DNA of 64,000 nt from Hormiphora californensis (GCA_020137815.1 CM035360.1:1674001-1738000), one strand, 5' to 3'; counted from the first letter of the stretch, positions 24,853-59,857 are shown. Numbers and translations: made by a program. The notes: generated by a model not told the origin, from the letters alone.

Positions 24853-25926
24853 ATGACAACGAACCGTGCCACAACCCTCTTTAACCTCCGTGAGGAGTAT
24901 CTAAAAGCAAAACAGAGCACTACCCGATCCACCTCCGATCAAGGATCCTCAAAACAAAGAAAACTAAAAGACATTATCCAATATCGCAAGGAGGCCAAAG
25001 ACAAAAAGCAGGCTGAGAGGGATGCGAAACAGAGGAAACGAGAGGCCCGACTAGCTCTCACTGCCGAGGAGGAAAGCGCTCTGGCAAGGAGTAAGAGTGT
25101 TCTGGAGGCCAAAACCGCAGCCTATGACAAACTAATTAGGGACTCCAACCGAGAAGCATCTGAATCTGTTTTAGTGGACTTCTCACAGAAAAGATCAGAT
25201 GGGCAGGATAAGGTCGCTATTGCATATGACTACAACAACCCCTCTGCTTCAAAATACCGTGATGACGATGGAAATATTGATGAAGGAGTAGTAGGGCCGG
25301 ATGAGGTTCACTTTGCTAATGTAGACCACGCGGAGGTTCGCAGTAAGGGAGTTGGGTTTTACAGTTTTAGTGAGGATACCTCAGTACGAGCTGAACAGAT
25401 GGAATTCCTCAACTCGATGCGGGAAACAACCGAGAAATCCAAAGAGATATTCGAGGCTGCAAAACTGAAACGTCGGCAGGAAAAGTTGGATAGATTGAAC
25501 CGATTACGGAAGCGTCTGAACATGTCACCTCCACTTGACATGCTCCCTCGAGAGGTGTTGAAGGAAGGAGGAGGAGATGAGAAGATAGACAAGGTTCAGT
25601 TGACCGAGGAAGCGGATAAAGTAAGAAGGGAGGAGGAAGAAAAGAGAAGACAGACTGCAGTGGGACGGAGCATCGAGGAGAAATTCCTGGTCAAGGAGAA
25701 GACTCTGTGGGAGAAGAAGGTTGAACAACTTCGGGAGGAGAGGGAGATGGACTTTGCCCCTGTCTACAACGGGAGAACTGGTCAGGACAAGGGAGAGAAT
25801 CTGGGGACGGGTAGTGAGGAAGAGAGATACAATTTGGGGGCGGGGGCTGGAGTTGAGGAGGAGGATCTAGGTGAAGATGATGAGGCTATCACTAACTTTA
25901 TATCTTTTGTCCGGCACAATACTTGA
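24853..25926 (+). CDS. CCDC174: Coiled-coil domain-containing protein 174, single exon
   Basis: LEAKTAAYDKL, VLVDF, VHFANV..EVRSKGVGFYSFSED..RAEQMEFLNSMRETT, LREERE.DFAP. Confidence 0.88.
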   Translation: MTTNRATTLFNLREEYLKAKQSTTRSTSDQGSSKQRKLKDIIQYRKEAKDKKQAERDAKQRKREARLALTAEEESALARSKSVLEAKTAAYDKLIRDSNREASESVLVDFSQKRSDGQDKVAIAYDYNNPSASKYRDDDGNIDEGVVGPDEVHFANVDHAEVRSKGVGFYSFSEDTSVRAEQMEFLNSMRETTEKSKEIFEAAKLKRRQEKLDRLNRLRKRLNMSPPLDMLPREVLKEGGGDEKIDKVQLTEEADKVRREEEEKRRQTAVGRSIEEKFLVKEKTLWEKKVEQLREEREMDFAPVYNGRTGQDKGENLGTGSEEERYNLGAGAGVEEEDLGEDDEAITNFISFVRHNT

Positions 25927-26064
25927 TAGCAGGGGACATTGTAAATTTAGTTATTTGTGGCTAGTATGTTACTGAACGTGACAGCGGATGATGTTTGTAC
26001 CATATCCTGTAAATGATATTGTTTTTAAAATTTCATAATATTTTCCAACCAACTTTAGGATGTA

Positions 26065-28368
26065 ATGCTCCTGTTAAACCGTTGCTATGGCCCCGTTACC
26101 CGTTGCTATGGTTTCCTGACTGCCCACTACACAGTTGATGCCCTCCTATCACGGCACAGTACTCTTGGCAATGAACAGTTAGTAGCAGAACTAAAGGAGG
26201 AATGTAAGACTTCAGCGGGGCTTGCCAGCGTCCTTGATGCCAGAGGTATTAACCTTTTTGCTGCTCCCTATTATACCCCTTCCCGACTTCCCAGAATTCA
26301 ATCCTAGCCTTATTTTCAAAATTTAAACCCTCTTTCAGAGAGGTGTAATACCCAAATCAAGAAGTTGCCCCAGCAGCAGGTTCTGCAACTGGACAAGACA
26401 CTATTTACTGTCCTGAAGGATGCTGTCTGTGCTGACTCTACCATCGTTACCAAGGCAACTATGGGTATGTAGAGTAAATAATCCGGAAGGTTTTTATCTT
26501 TTCTGTCATGGTACCCCATGGGCCACTAACTTACCCTGATCGTCCCGTGAACTAGACTACCTAGAAATCTAAACTAGAAATTCTGTTGATTCAAATTGTT
26601 TTCCTGGTCAGATTGCCCACGGGAGATTGTTGAGATAGTCCGGAGCTCTGATAGAGTTCACCCCATTAGGACTGAGGAGGAGCTACACAACAGACTGGCT
26701 CATAACCGTGAGTAAAACACGATATTAATGTTAGCTTGTCCCATTAGGCTAATTGAAGAGTTATTGAAGAATTATCAGTTATTGAAGAATTATCAGTTTT
26801 TGAAGAATTATCTGTTATTGAAGAATTATCAGTTATTGAAGAATTATCAGTTATTGAAGAATTATCAGTTATTGAAGAATTATCAGTTATTGAAGAATTA
26901 TCAGCTGGTGAAACAGTGAAACACATCCCTTTTGAAAATATTTTTCCCTGCAGGTTCGGTTTTTATCCTGACTCACCGACTACTACCCTCCCGCCCCCTG
27001 GTGTTACTGCACGTGGCCCACAGTACCGGCATGTTCCAGTGTGTCTCAGATATAAAGGAGGGGTTAGATCGCAGCTCAACCGACTCACTTTGTAGACGGG
27101 CAGAAAGGAGAGGAGGAGCAGGAGAAGAGGGGTTGGTGGGAGATAGAGGAGGGGTGTTGAGTGAGATGGGTCAAGTGGATGGATTCAATGGTGTCCATAC
27201 TTTTTACTCAATTTCTTCCCTGGAAATAGCTCTCCGAGGTGAGGTGTCATGGAGTTTTACCCAGAAAACCCCCGCCCCATTTTTACCCAGAAAACCCCCG
27301 CCCCATTTTTACCCAAAAAACCCCCGCCCCATTTTTACCCAGAAAACCACCGCCCCATTTTTACCCAGAAAACCCCCGCCCCATTTTTACCCAGAAAACC
27401 CCGCCCCATTTTTACCCAGAAAACCTAGTATGTGGCTCACACCGAACGCGCCCTGTGAGGGTTCGGTAGATCAAAGAATACCCCATAATTATCTGCTGAG
27501 ATCATCTGTTCAACGTGTATTTTAATTCCCTGCAGGAATACCATGCGGTGGCTGGTGTATCTCCAAAGCCAAATCGACCCTCTCCCCCGACTCCCTCTAT
27601 ACCACTCTCTCCCCCATACCGGGACTGAGGAACTGGTTGGACGTGGCAGTCAAGAGGAACACTCTACCATCCATTATCGGTTAGTATCTTCTTTTGATAT
27701 TATCGTTGGGTACGAGGTCCCCCGTTTTTTTCTCCCTTCTATGCTGTCAGAACAGCGTAACGTCTTTCTAGGGATTGGGCGGGGAGAGGAAATTCTCTCC
27801 CTTCCCGGCAATTGAGGGTACATTGTTCTCAAGTAATCACCTACCTTTTCCTTTCACAGGTGTAGATGCTGCATCAGAAATAACAACCTACCTCTCAACC
27901 CCCTCCCCGATCCCACCACCCCATCTGAAGGATCCGGTATCCCAGTTAGCGGCCTACTATCTGGTACGGGAGAAGCAGCGGGGTAATGTTCTGGACCCGG
28001 TGGGACACTTTCATCTGACAAATGGTGCCGCTATGTGGGCCCTCCGATGGGCGGGAACAAGGTTAGTAGGTGACTTCATGAATCATGGTCCATGGACAGT
28101 GGACCTTGGCGTTAATTCAGGACAAGATCTAGTTCATATATTAGTTTGTTCTCCGCTGAACCTCAGCTGTCAGGAGTTATGTGATTCACACTTTCATTCA
28201 AACTTATATCAACCCTCCCTTTTCAGGAGTAATGAAATGCAGAAACAGTCCCTTGGTCTCATGGTAAACTACCTATACGAGAGCGGGGAGACAGAATCAA
28301 GAGGGGCTGATTACGCTTCAGACGAGAGAGGGGTTACAGTGGGGGCTGCTGTTAGGGACTTGTTATAA
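26065..28368 (+). CDS. MLYCD: Malonyl-CoA decarboxylase (multi-exon, mitochondrial-type N-terminus)
   Basis: DRVHPIR, PLVLLHVA, FYSISS, TLSPIPG, DPVGHFHLTNGA..LRW, SLGLMVNYLY. Confidence 0.9.
26757..26910. repeat. 18-nt intronic minisatellite (~8 copies)
   Basis: Unit TTATTGAAGAATTATCAG. Confidence 0.95.
27256..27425. repeat. 26-nt intronic minisatellite (~6 copies)
   Basis: Unit TTTACCCAGAAAACCCCCGCCCCATT. Confidence 0.95.
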
Positions 28369-28810
28369 TCGGTCATGGTTTTTTTACTGGGACAATTTTA
28401 TTTTGTGGGATATCAATGTATCAACATATATAAGCATATGGTTGACTGTTGATAGTGTGTAGATTGTAAACAGATTTTGGATTTGGGAATGAATTTTTAG
28501 TAGAGATTTTGTATCTTGTGTGTATTGACCAGATTTTGTTTTCAGTACATTTTATAAGATTGATTTTACTATTCACCCAACCCGTTATTTGAGAGTTTTA
28601 CACGTTTATTATGCCCTGAAAAAACCGTGCATCCCCCAATATCATTGACGTTTCATCCCTGTTCTCGACCCTGTGACCTGACGTGAGACTCCTTCCCATA
28701 GCAACCCACAATCCCCATAGCAACCCCCATAGCAACCGACAATCCCCATAGCAACCCCCATGTGTCACTTGTCCCCTCTTTCACATATCTCTCTCTCCTT
28801 TAGCACTGCA

Positions 28811-49790
<20,980 letters not shown>

Positions 49791-50777
49791 CAAGGTACGG
49801 ATCATGGTACAATATCGGACCCCAATTTATCGGGAGGGTAAATTTCCCCCGATATAGGATATTAACGTAGTATTTGACCCCGATTTTCCGGGCAAAACCC
49901 CTTCCCCCGAGTATCCCAGAAACTCTGTAAGTTGAGTCCTGGCAGCTTAGTGTGAATTTTTTGGATTCAAAATTGTATAAAACTTTGTAGCCCTTTCCTC
50001 GTATTATATGAGGAGAGAGAAAGATAGCTCTAAAATAGGTGAATATGAGTCATATCTACCTAGTTTAGATCTCCTTTTTTCCTCACTGCCACACATTGAC
50101 ACACACACCCAATTGGTGTGTGTTTAGACAGGGCGTGTGCTGTGAGATAATCTGTGTCATTAAATAAATCCATCAAAGCTTCAGCTCGCACAGACAAACT
50201 GACAGAAGTGTTTATTCTCTTGTTCGACCCTCTCTCTTTACAAATGTAAAGGAGAGTTAGAACAAAATAAAGTCTTTAGATCCACCTCCTAAAAAGTAAT
50301 ATACGATCACCATGCTCGACCTTGTCTCACCGCGCCCCAAATTAAATATAATGTATACGAATAGTTTTGTAATAAGAATCATCAAATACAATTAACTTTT
50401 ACACCAATTGCGCTGCATCAAAAACTGGATAATAAACATTTTCTTGAAATCGGAAAGTCATTTTGGAAAAAATATACAACTTTTCATGAACAATATTATC
50501 AAGAAATTGGGCAGTTTGTGTAAAATAAATTAATCAATAGTAATTAGCCACCTACATAGCAATTACAAACACACACTGTGCTTATATAACACCTGTCTTC
50601 CCATTGTCTTATTTAATATCTAACTGGGATTTGAACCGCTCACTCTCTCCGTTATCCCATCTCTCATATCCTCGCCTGCTTCCTGAACCTTGCTCTCTGA
50701 GCATATATCATTGCACCTAAGTCTTCTCATTATAGTACACACACTCAACAGCTCTCCTGATATATATCTGATCTCTC

Positions 50778-52865
50778 CTAGCCGATCCTCTGTTTGGGCA
50801 GCTGCGTGAGGATGATCTTGAGATCATCTGTCTCCAGTCTCTGGACGCTAGTCTTGTCACACAGCTCAAGAGCTGCATCCACCATTTCGAAAAGGAGCTC
50901 TCCGTTAACTCGAATCTCTGCGTACTCTAGAACATCTGCTATCAGGGCCATCAACTCACCCCCTGAGGAAGATAATATGATGAAAGAACAAAGATATTAG
51001 CTGTTATTCCACGAATGTCCAATTCTACGTGGTAAATAAAAGCAATTCAATGCGAGTTTAGGATTGCCTGCAGTTACCTTGCCTTGTTCGAACCTTGTAT
51101 TGCTCGACCCTTGCTAGACCCTGTTTCCCAGCGCCCGCGGGTTTAAACAAAACAAGTTCGACCCTTGTCCTAGTAAAAGTTACCTGCATCAATTGTCCCA
51201 TTCGCATCCCTGTCATAATGTCTGATGATATTGTCGAAATCAACAGCTTGGAATTTCCCCTTCGGCTTCAGTCTCTTCAGGAAGTTGTTCTCTATGTTGA
51301 ATAGTCGAGGGAAATCCTGTCGGAGATTTAGTTACTTTTCTTATATAGAGCCAACAAAATGAAAATAGAAATCATTTCAAGGAATCACTGAATGTGAAAG
51401 TAACCGGATGAATTCACAAATAACTTACGAATATGTCTAGGGGAGATTCTTCGTCGACATTGAATAGTGCCAAAATGTACCTCACACAATCAGCGCAGTT
51501 ATCCTCAGAGGTACCTGTGGTAAAGGGTTGCTAGTGGGTTTCTGCAGTGGATTAAAGGGTTGCTAGGGGGGTTTCTACGGTGGATTAAAGGGTTGCTAGG
51601 GGGTTTCTGTGGTGGATTAAAGGGTTGCTAGGGGGGTTTCTGCAGTGGATTAAAGGGGGTTGCTAGGGGCTTTCTGCAGTGGATTAAAGGGTTGCTAGGG
51701 GGTTTCTGTGGTAAAGGGTTGCTAGGGGGTTTCTGTGGTAAAGGGTTGCTAGGGGGTTTCTGCGGTGGATTAAAGGGGGTTTCTGCGGTGGATAGGGGGT
51801 TGCTAGGGGGTTTCTGTGGTGGATTAAAGGGGGTTGCTAGGGGGGTTTCTAGGTTGCTAGGTTGCTAGGGGGACGTGTTGATAAACAGATTGATAGAATG
51901 GCTGTCAAAGTAAAAACCTTATCAGCGAGATGAAAGGGAAGAATTGGACATAACTTTTATGTAGCTGATAAATGAATTGCTATTATAATGCCCTTATAAA
52001 ATCTTACCAATTTCATTAGCAAAGTCTTTGACCATTTTGTAAAGTTGATCCTGGGAGACTTTCCCACTTTTATCTGTCGTATACCTGCATTTGGATTCAT
52101 GTTGGGTTTGTGATCGTTGAAATGATATTTGTCTTGCTCGAAATTAAATATGCTTTACTCTCAAAAATGGGGATGGAGTTACCCCGAAGTTCTACAAAAA
52201 ACATCTTCAAAGGTAAGTTGCAATCTAGGTGACAAGTCCCAGCTTTGACAACAAACAGAGTGTCATTTGTAACAGTACTCACTTGAGTAGAAGTTCAAAG
52301 AATTCAACACTGGTAAGCTTCTTCCTACAGAAACTAATGAACTTTAGAAATAATCGCTCCTTCTGGGGGAGCAGAAGAGCCAAATCTGAGATACGAATCC
52401 TGTTGTCGTTATTCTTTATCTGCAACTCAAATGCTTCCACCTGTCATGGGAAATGTACATGTTGTAAACTGCTTCATCGCGTTTTTCATTCCATTTGTAT
52501 TCTGAAAAGTTCTGTTTTTTTTGCAAAAGAGTTCTGTAGGTCAGGGTGAAATGTTTTTACCTCTGATCGGAGTTTATTGATATTAATTGTGTCGTCGTTC
52601 CTAAGGGCATCATCCACGTAGAGGGTCTTAAAAAACTCAAGGAGTTCAGTCTAGAGAGAGGGACAACGGATTAGGACTTAACTTCACACCACATGACACA
52701 CTGACACAAACTATAAGCCGAATTGACACAATGTTAAAATGCACTAACCGCTTTTATGCTTCCATCCTCGTCTATTTTATGGCTGTCTAAGATGGCCCGA
52801 ACGTATTCTGCCTTTACCGGGTACATCTCCAATATCTTTGTCAACAGCAGTCCTTTGTCCGTCAT
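50778..52865 (-). CDS. Calbindin/calretinin/secretagogin-like hexa-EF-hand protein (7 exons)
   Basis: Spliced: DEDGSIKATEL, ISDLALLLPQKERLFL, YTTDKSGKVS, DFPRLFNIENNFL, YDRDANGTIDAGEL, LETDDLKIIL; start codon uncertain. Confidence 0.75.
51515..51872. repeat. Intronic minisatellite rich in GTTGCTAGGGGG, abutting a minus-strand acceptor
   Basis: Seen directly; irregular ~25-35-nt units. Confidence 0.9.
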
Positions 52866-54181
52866 CTTGAAGAACTCCAACTGAAATAGGGGGATAGATG
52901 TGTTTATGAAGGAGTAGCAATTTGGTATCGGTCTAGATGTTTTAATTGATTATGAAACAGCGTGTAGATCATACAGTTAAATGCATGATGTGCCCTATTA
53001 CCAGAGACTGAAAAAGTAGAACTAAGAAGAACCGGATCTCGAATAATTTAGGTTGACATCAAGCAAAAACAGATGTTTAGCGATTAGAAGATTAGCAAGA
53101 TGTGTTCGCGATGATAATCATAATTCAGAGTATCGAATTTTGGAGAGATTGGTTCAGCAAGAAGAATCGAATTTATTTGGAGCTGACTTTTTTACGGGCT
53201 CTCCGAAAGAGCAATCCATGGCCAAAGCTGCCCTCTTGATCGCCACCGCCCTGCTGTAGGGAAGACCGCCGCTCCCACAGTGTTCCAGTAGAGGTAGTTG
53301 ATGTTGATGTTGATGTTGAGAATGTACTGAAGGAGACCGACTTGGCGAATTCGGACATAGAAACTCGCCTCCGTGACATATTCCTTACACTGTGTTTTTA
53401 GCGTTAGTGTGAAGCTCTCTACTCTCTAGTTCTGATGAGAAAAAAAACTGATGGAGCTGTATGGTTAGGAGCCAAGGAAGTATATTGTGCATCCCCTTAC
53501 CCTTATATGTGTACCTTGTCAGAGGATGCTTTTGTTGGTGACTTCAGGAGTGTGATTGTAGGTAAATGTTTTAGTAAAGAAAGGCGCATGGTGGATTCGT
53601 GGTTTTAGCAACGATACAGGAGGTTAGAAGTACTGGAGTGTCGACAAAAATATACAGCAAATGCAGTAACAATATCACTATAGTTCTACCGTTCGGTTGT
53701 TACAGGGCAATTTCCTGGTTCTTCGAGCCTGGCAATTAATAGATTTAGCTTTCTTAGGAAGCTCTGAGTATGAACAATGCATAAAACAACATACACGAAG
53801 TCGGTAAAATCGCATCGTCCTGCAAATAAAGAGTTCACGCGACACACACTACTTCAGCTGTGAACTATAAAGGAAGCCCCACCCCCTCTACCAATTGCGG
53901 TACTTATAACAATAGTACTAATGGTCCACTAGCTGATAGATAGATAGGGGGATCAATTACCGGAGGAAAGGCTGGAGAGAGAGAACGCGAGAGAGAGAGA
54001 GAGAGACACAGGGACAGAAAGAAAGAGAGGCAGCGAAGATGAGGATTTCCCTAGGTCACAAGTGGTGTTAGTTTCACGAAGCTGGCGGGCGAGAGAGATC
54101 AATATTTAATAGTAAGACCCGTCTACAGAAGTGTTTCTCTTTCCCCGGCTCCTCCTCCTGCTGTAATCTCTCTGGTCATTC

Positions 54182-54377
<196 letters not shown>

Positions 54378-55315
54378 ACCTTCCCAGTCACCGATCTTTA
54401 CCATTATCCCCACCCTTACTTCTTCTTCATCACATATCAGCTGCTCTATGATCGCTGCACGTGTGAGTAATAATAAAAGCTGTAATCTTTCTCTACCACA
54501 GTCAATAGTCAGGCACACATTATTATGCTCCTGGTTGGTTTAGCTATGAGGTTCATAAATATGTTCATTACTTCCCTATCATTTAAAGGGGCCAATGAAG
54601 ACACGGGCTGCAGGGCGCAAGCATTCGACAGAAGAAAAGACCAATGAAATTAGGTTTGTTGCAGCTTTAGTGCAATATGTTGTTGAGTAAGGAGGAAGAG
54701 TAAACAAGCAATATGTAGTTAGTCATATAAAATGTTATCTTACCAGAGATGTCTTGGACCGGCGAAGTGATCCTACTTCCCTCATTATACTGCCCCTCTA
54801 AACCAAGCTAAGAACAGTACAAACAATATATGGGATGAGAAACGATATCTATCGGTTAGCAAACTAAGGTCTGCTGATAAGTGCTCTAGACAAGATATGA
54901 TCGGTTGTGAATAGTATAGAGCACGTAGGGTACGCTGCTAGACAAGATATATCGGTTTGGAATAGACCTACGAAGTGCGATAGACAAGATGAAAGTAATA
55001 TATTGGTAGACCTTTAGGCTATTGATCTAGATAATGACAACTTGTTTAGACGATCGTAGACAGCTTTAGACAGAGGAAGCTAATTGTTTCAGAGAGCGGT
55101 CTGAACAAGACAGATCTTGACCAAATGTATAAGATCATAGAAAGATAATGATAGAAGGACAACAGATCAGGGGCTCAGAGACTAAAGAGAGAAAACATTG
55201 AGATGATTGATAGACGGAATTAGGACGGGAACATTGGTTGAAGAGAGCTCTACAACACGAGCACTCGAAGGACAGATTAGTGTACCGTTGGAGGATGTTA
55301 ATGAGGTAACGTATA

Positions 55316-55427
<112 letters not shown>

Positions 55428-56189
55428 AGGATAGATTGAGGACATGAATTAATGTCCGATGGAAACAAAGTCTAGAAGTAAACGAATAAGACACGGTCAC
55501 CGTAGCTGATAATGAACACTTTTGCTAATAAAACGAAGTATGCCAGTCCTTGCTACGCTGCTAATCTGCCTCAAGTTAATTTCAAAGGCTATAATATGCC
55601 AAGCCTTGGGAATATTTGAATAGGCACGGATATATGTCTAACTAATCAGTGTAACTGGATTAGTAGACCAGGATTTGGTTTAATTGGTATGGGATTCACC
55701 GCTCATGACAACTGGTTATAGATCTCACAAAAAGTAATGACTGAAAGTAGGTCTTATGGGTAGAAAGAAATGCACTGTGGAACAAACCCACCTACATTGT
55801 ATGTAGGGAGAGGGAGGGGTAGTAGTTTTTGTCTAGGTGAACGTGACGACTAGAGTTGCAATTAATCGTAGCTTTTAGCGACATGGACGTGACGTTATAC
55901 CAGCAATCGGAGAACGTAGGTTATTAATAGCAACCGCTCGATCTCGACAGAGGCATGAATGGCTAAAATTTTCTTACATGAGCAAATATAAAATGTAAAA
56001 TACACAAAACAGATTTTAAATAAACAGTGATTTGATGCACTCTACGATCATTGATCAACCCCATTTAGCCTCATGATGTTTATTGCAATTGAGATAAACA
56101 AGGGATAAACGTTCGCTTGCCCTACGTGGTAAACGACAGTCTATAGAAATATGGAGAGATAGAGAGAGGGAGAAAGAGAGAGAGGGAGA

Positions 56190-59072
56190 GATTTTCACGA
56201 CTTAGTGAAATTTTGAAAATTTCAACCTACCCCTACTACAACATGGAGACAGCCAAAAAGGAACAGCCAACTACAACTACTTCTTACATCCTCCAAACAG
56301 ATAAGACCGTTCATTTTATTTATTCATTACCTACCGTCCTCCCTGTCTTTGCTTGTGTAGAAAGAGAAGAAAGGGAGGACGGTAATGAGGCAATCAGGGT
56401 GTTTACAGTCAGTTTGTTGTCACGTACTGTTTGTTCTCTCGTATCAGGCCTCCCTGATCTCTCTTTCATGCTTACCTGCCCGGTTCTGGTAAGCGTTATA
56501 GTGGTCCCTCCCCCTGGTTCTTCCCTTTGCTCTCGTTCCTCCCTTCCTGTTCCTGTCATTGGGCCCTTCCTCCGGCCAGACTCTTCTCGGGGCGGCTTTT
56601 CTTATAGTGCTAGTTTGGTTTACAGTGTTCTCCCTAGTTCGAGTCCTTTTTTTAGCTTTTAGGATTCACCCACTCACCAGCCCTTCCCTTGGATTTTAGT
56701 ATTATACTTCTTTTCCTTTTCATCCAGAGTTGAGCTCTTTCTCTTTTCTTATTCAATATTATCAATCTTCCTGTGGTATAAGTAATAAGTATCCATATAA
56801 CCGCCCTCCCCTCTTTTTTCGTTTTGTATAGAGTGAGTCTCCAGATATAGCAAACCTGGGGTATTGCGGCCTCTCATTAGTTCCAGGTCCCTGTTAGGAT
56901 AGCTAGGCCCCTGAGTGTAGAAGCTAGAGCTGAGCAGAGTAGTAGAGACCCGAGCAATACTCTTCATTTTCAGGTCTCGGGCGCCCTGTAGCCCCGCCTT
57001 TCTGACTGACTCCGGTACAGCCCTCCCAGGCTGAACCAACCCCCTCTGACTATTCTCGCAAAGGCAAAACGTTACCTATCCCGACTAGTCCCCAACCACA
57101 AACAGCAGTGCTACATCTCAAAGGAAAAACGCTACCTATCCAGTCACCCCTGACGTGCTACAATCTCAAAGGAAAAACGCTACCTATCCAGCCATATCAT
57201 CCCTGATGTGCTACAACCTCTGTCCCCACACCTCCCTCCCGTTCGGAACTCCACCCACACACCTAACCCGTCCCATATACCTATAGGCTATAGTGTTCTT
57301 CCACCACTTCCCATTTTGCTACCACCTCCTCCACTTCCCCTTACTCCAACCCCCTTTCCTTCTCCAGCTCCTTGTACCCGCTCCTACCCAGCGAACTCTC
57401 CCGTTCGAACCACCACCCCCACATCCAACCCGTCCCTAAACAGTAAACTCATAGGGTGTCCTCCCATTTCGTACTTCCCCAATAGCCCCTTCCCCTGCCC
57501 ATAATCTCTCATGCTCCAGCTCCCCATCTTTCTGTCATCCTTCCTTCCCCTGCCCTTCCCGCCTTATCCCTCTACTAGTGGTTCTCCCCGGTCCAGGTTT
57601 CTCATTACCTCACCTCTTTTCAGGGTTTTTTTTATTTCAATACCCCTCTTTAGTATTTGGGCTCCTTTTGGTATCTTTATCTCTATTCTCTCTCTCTCTC
57701 TCTCTCTCTCTTTCGCTCTCTCTCCCTTTCTCTCACTCTCTCTCTCTCCTCCGCGGTACGGTGTGAGTGTGCCCCCATGTCTTCCAATTAGTTGTCCCTA
57801 TCATCCATCAGCCCAATTAGGGTCTTGTTTCCCCCGCTATCTTGTTTTGCATTATCACACTGCCATTCTAGCCGGTCTATTTGGAGGACTTCCTCCCACG
57901 TGACCGCCTGCGTGACCCCTCACTGTCTCTCTATCTCTCTCTCTCTCTCCCCCTCTCTCTCTCTCTAGATATCATCCTAGATATCATTGCACTAGTCACA
58001 CCTAGTTCATTCTGCAGTTATCCTGCCTATCAATGCACTAGTCACACCCAGATCATTCTGCAGTTATCCTGCCTAGCAATGCACAAGTCACACCTAGTTC
58101 ATTCTGCAGTTATCCTGCCTATCAATGCACTAGTCACACCTAGTTTATTCTGCAGTTATCCTGCCTATCATTGCACTAATAACCCCTAGTTCACTCTGCA
58201 GTTATCCTGCCTATATCAATGCACTAGTCACACCCAGATCATTCTGCAGTTATCCTGCCTATCATTGCACTAATAACCCCTAGTCCATTCTGCAGTTATC
58301 CTGCCTTTCACTGCACTAGTCACACCTAGTTTATTCTGCAGTTATCCTGCCTATCATAGCACTAGTCACACCTAGTTCACTCTGCAGTTATCCTGCCTAC
58401 CAATGTACAAGTCACACCCAGATCATTCTGCAGTTATCCTGCCTATCATTGCACTAAATACCCCTAGTTCACTCTGCAGTTATCCTGCCTATATCAATGC
58501 ACTAGTCACACCCAGATCATTCTGCAGTTATCCTGCCTATCATTGCACTAATAACCCCTAGTCCATTCTGCAGTTATCCTGCCTTTCACTGCACTAGTAA
58601 CACCTAGTTCATTCTGCAGTTATCCTGCCTATCATTGCACTAGTCACACCTAGGTCCTAGTTCATTCTGCAATTATCCCCTCCCTCTCCCCCGCCCTCTC
58701 CCTATCCTCCCCTCCCGCTCACCCCCACCCTTTCCCGCTCCCCAATCCTCCCCCTCTCCCGAATCCCCCGCCCTCAACCTATCTCACCCCATCAAATCCT
58801 AAAGACAATCTCGCCATGAGCTTGAGAGTAAGATGGCTGGACCGCCCAGAGTCGCCCATACTCTAATAGAATGAGCACTCTCTGGCGGACCTGTTCATGA
58901 CGACAGACATATGACAAAGCGTTGGGCCCCCCTATGCACAAGACTACCTCGTTTCCCTAATTGGACACTTTCGAGACTAGTTGTAAGGGGGATCCGGGTT
59001 ATGCCGTCGCTACCCGGGTGGTAGAGGACTTGGTACACCCTAGCTTAGTGCCCCAAAAAAAAAAAAAAAAAA
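56190..59072 (+). mobile_element. Candidate non-autonomous or decayed retroelement with poly(A) tail
   Basis: A18 at 59055-59072 after a GC-rich hairpin; possible TSD GAGAGAGGGAGA (low complexity); no intact ORF. Confidence 0.35.
57980..58680. repeat. 46-nt minisatellite (~15 copies)
   Basis: Unit TCATTCTGCAGTTATCCTGCCTATCATTGCACTAGTCACACCTAGT. Confidence 0.95.
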
Positions 59073-59435
59073 GAGAGAGGGAGATAATAGGGAGAGAGTA
59101 GAAGAAAGAGTGAGTGAGAGAGTGAGAGGTCAGAGATACACAAATACTCATTGCGCGATCGTGATGCCAGCATCTTCATTAACAATCAACCACCCCCTTC
59201 ACTACTGAAGGTCCTGTTTTTGTATAAGCGTGTGTGCGTGTGGGTCTTTAAAGACACTGAAAGCGGAGATGCAGATGGCAAAGCTCCTAGAGCAATCTGT
59301 CTAATGGTGTGGGCTAGCCTGAAAGAGCGTTTAGTCACCCTTTACACAACTCCGAATCTTCTTCTTTTATTCTTTACTATCTCTATCTCTCACACCATTT
59401 CTCTCTTTCTTTCTCTCTTTCTTTCTTTCTCTCTA

Positions 59436-59491
<56 letters not shown>

Positions 59492-59787
59492 GGCCTCACG
59501 CCATACATGATTACTCACAAATATCACACACATCCAAATCACACGGCATGTTTATCAAGAATAATTACCTCTGGTGCCGCTACCCCAGTAATAGTATACT
59601 CACCAGGTTGGTCTTCTGTTGCCACTGGAAGGGTGTTTTCAGGGTTGGTGAAGTAGCAGATGCAAGAATGGCAGTTATCATGATTGCAAGACCTCTCAAA
59701 TCAGTTGCTTCTATCAACAATGTCGGTTCTTTGCTTATAAAGGGATTTCTGGTAAAGCGCTCGACAGGATCAAGATTCTGGAGCTGA

Positions 59788-59857
59788 TTACAAAGTAATA
59801 CAAGATTTAATAATCGTTTAATAATAAACGATTATTAAATCTTGTATTACTTTGTAA
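59788..59857. repeat. Perfect AT-rich hairpin (33-bp stem, 4-nt loop)
   Basis: TTACAAAGTAATACAAGATTTAATAATCGTTTA-ATAA-reverse complement. Confidence 0.9.

Noticed and set aside
53173-53379. 68-aa minus-strand ORF upstream of the EF-hand gene
   Set aside because: Could be a uORF or 5' exon, but I could not splice it in frame and see no domain
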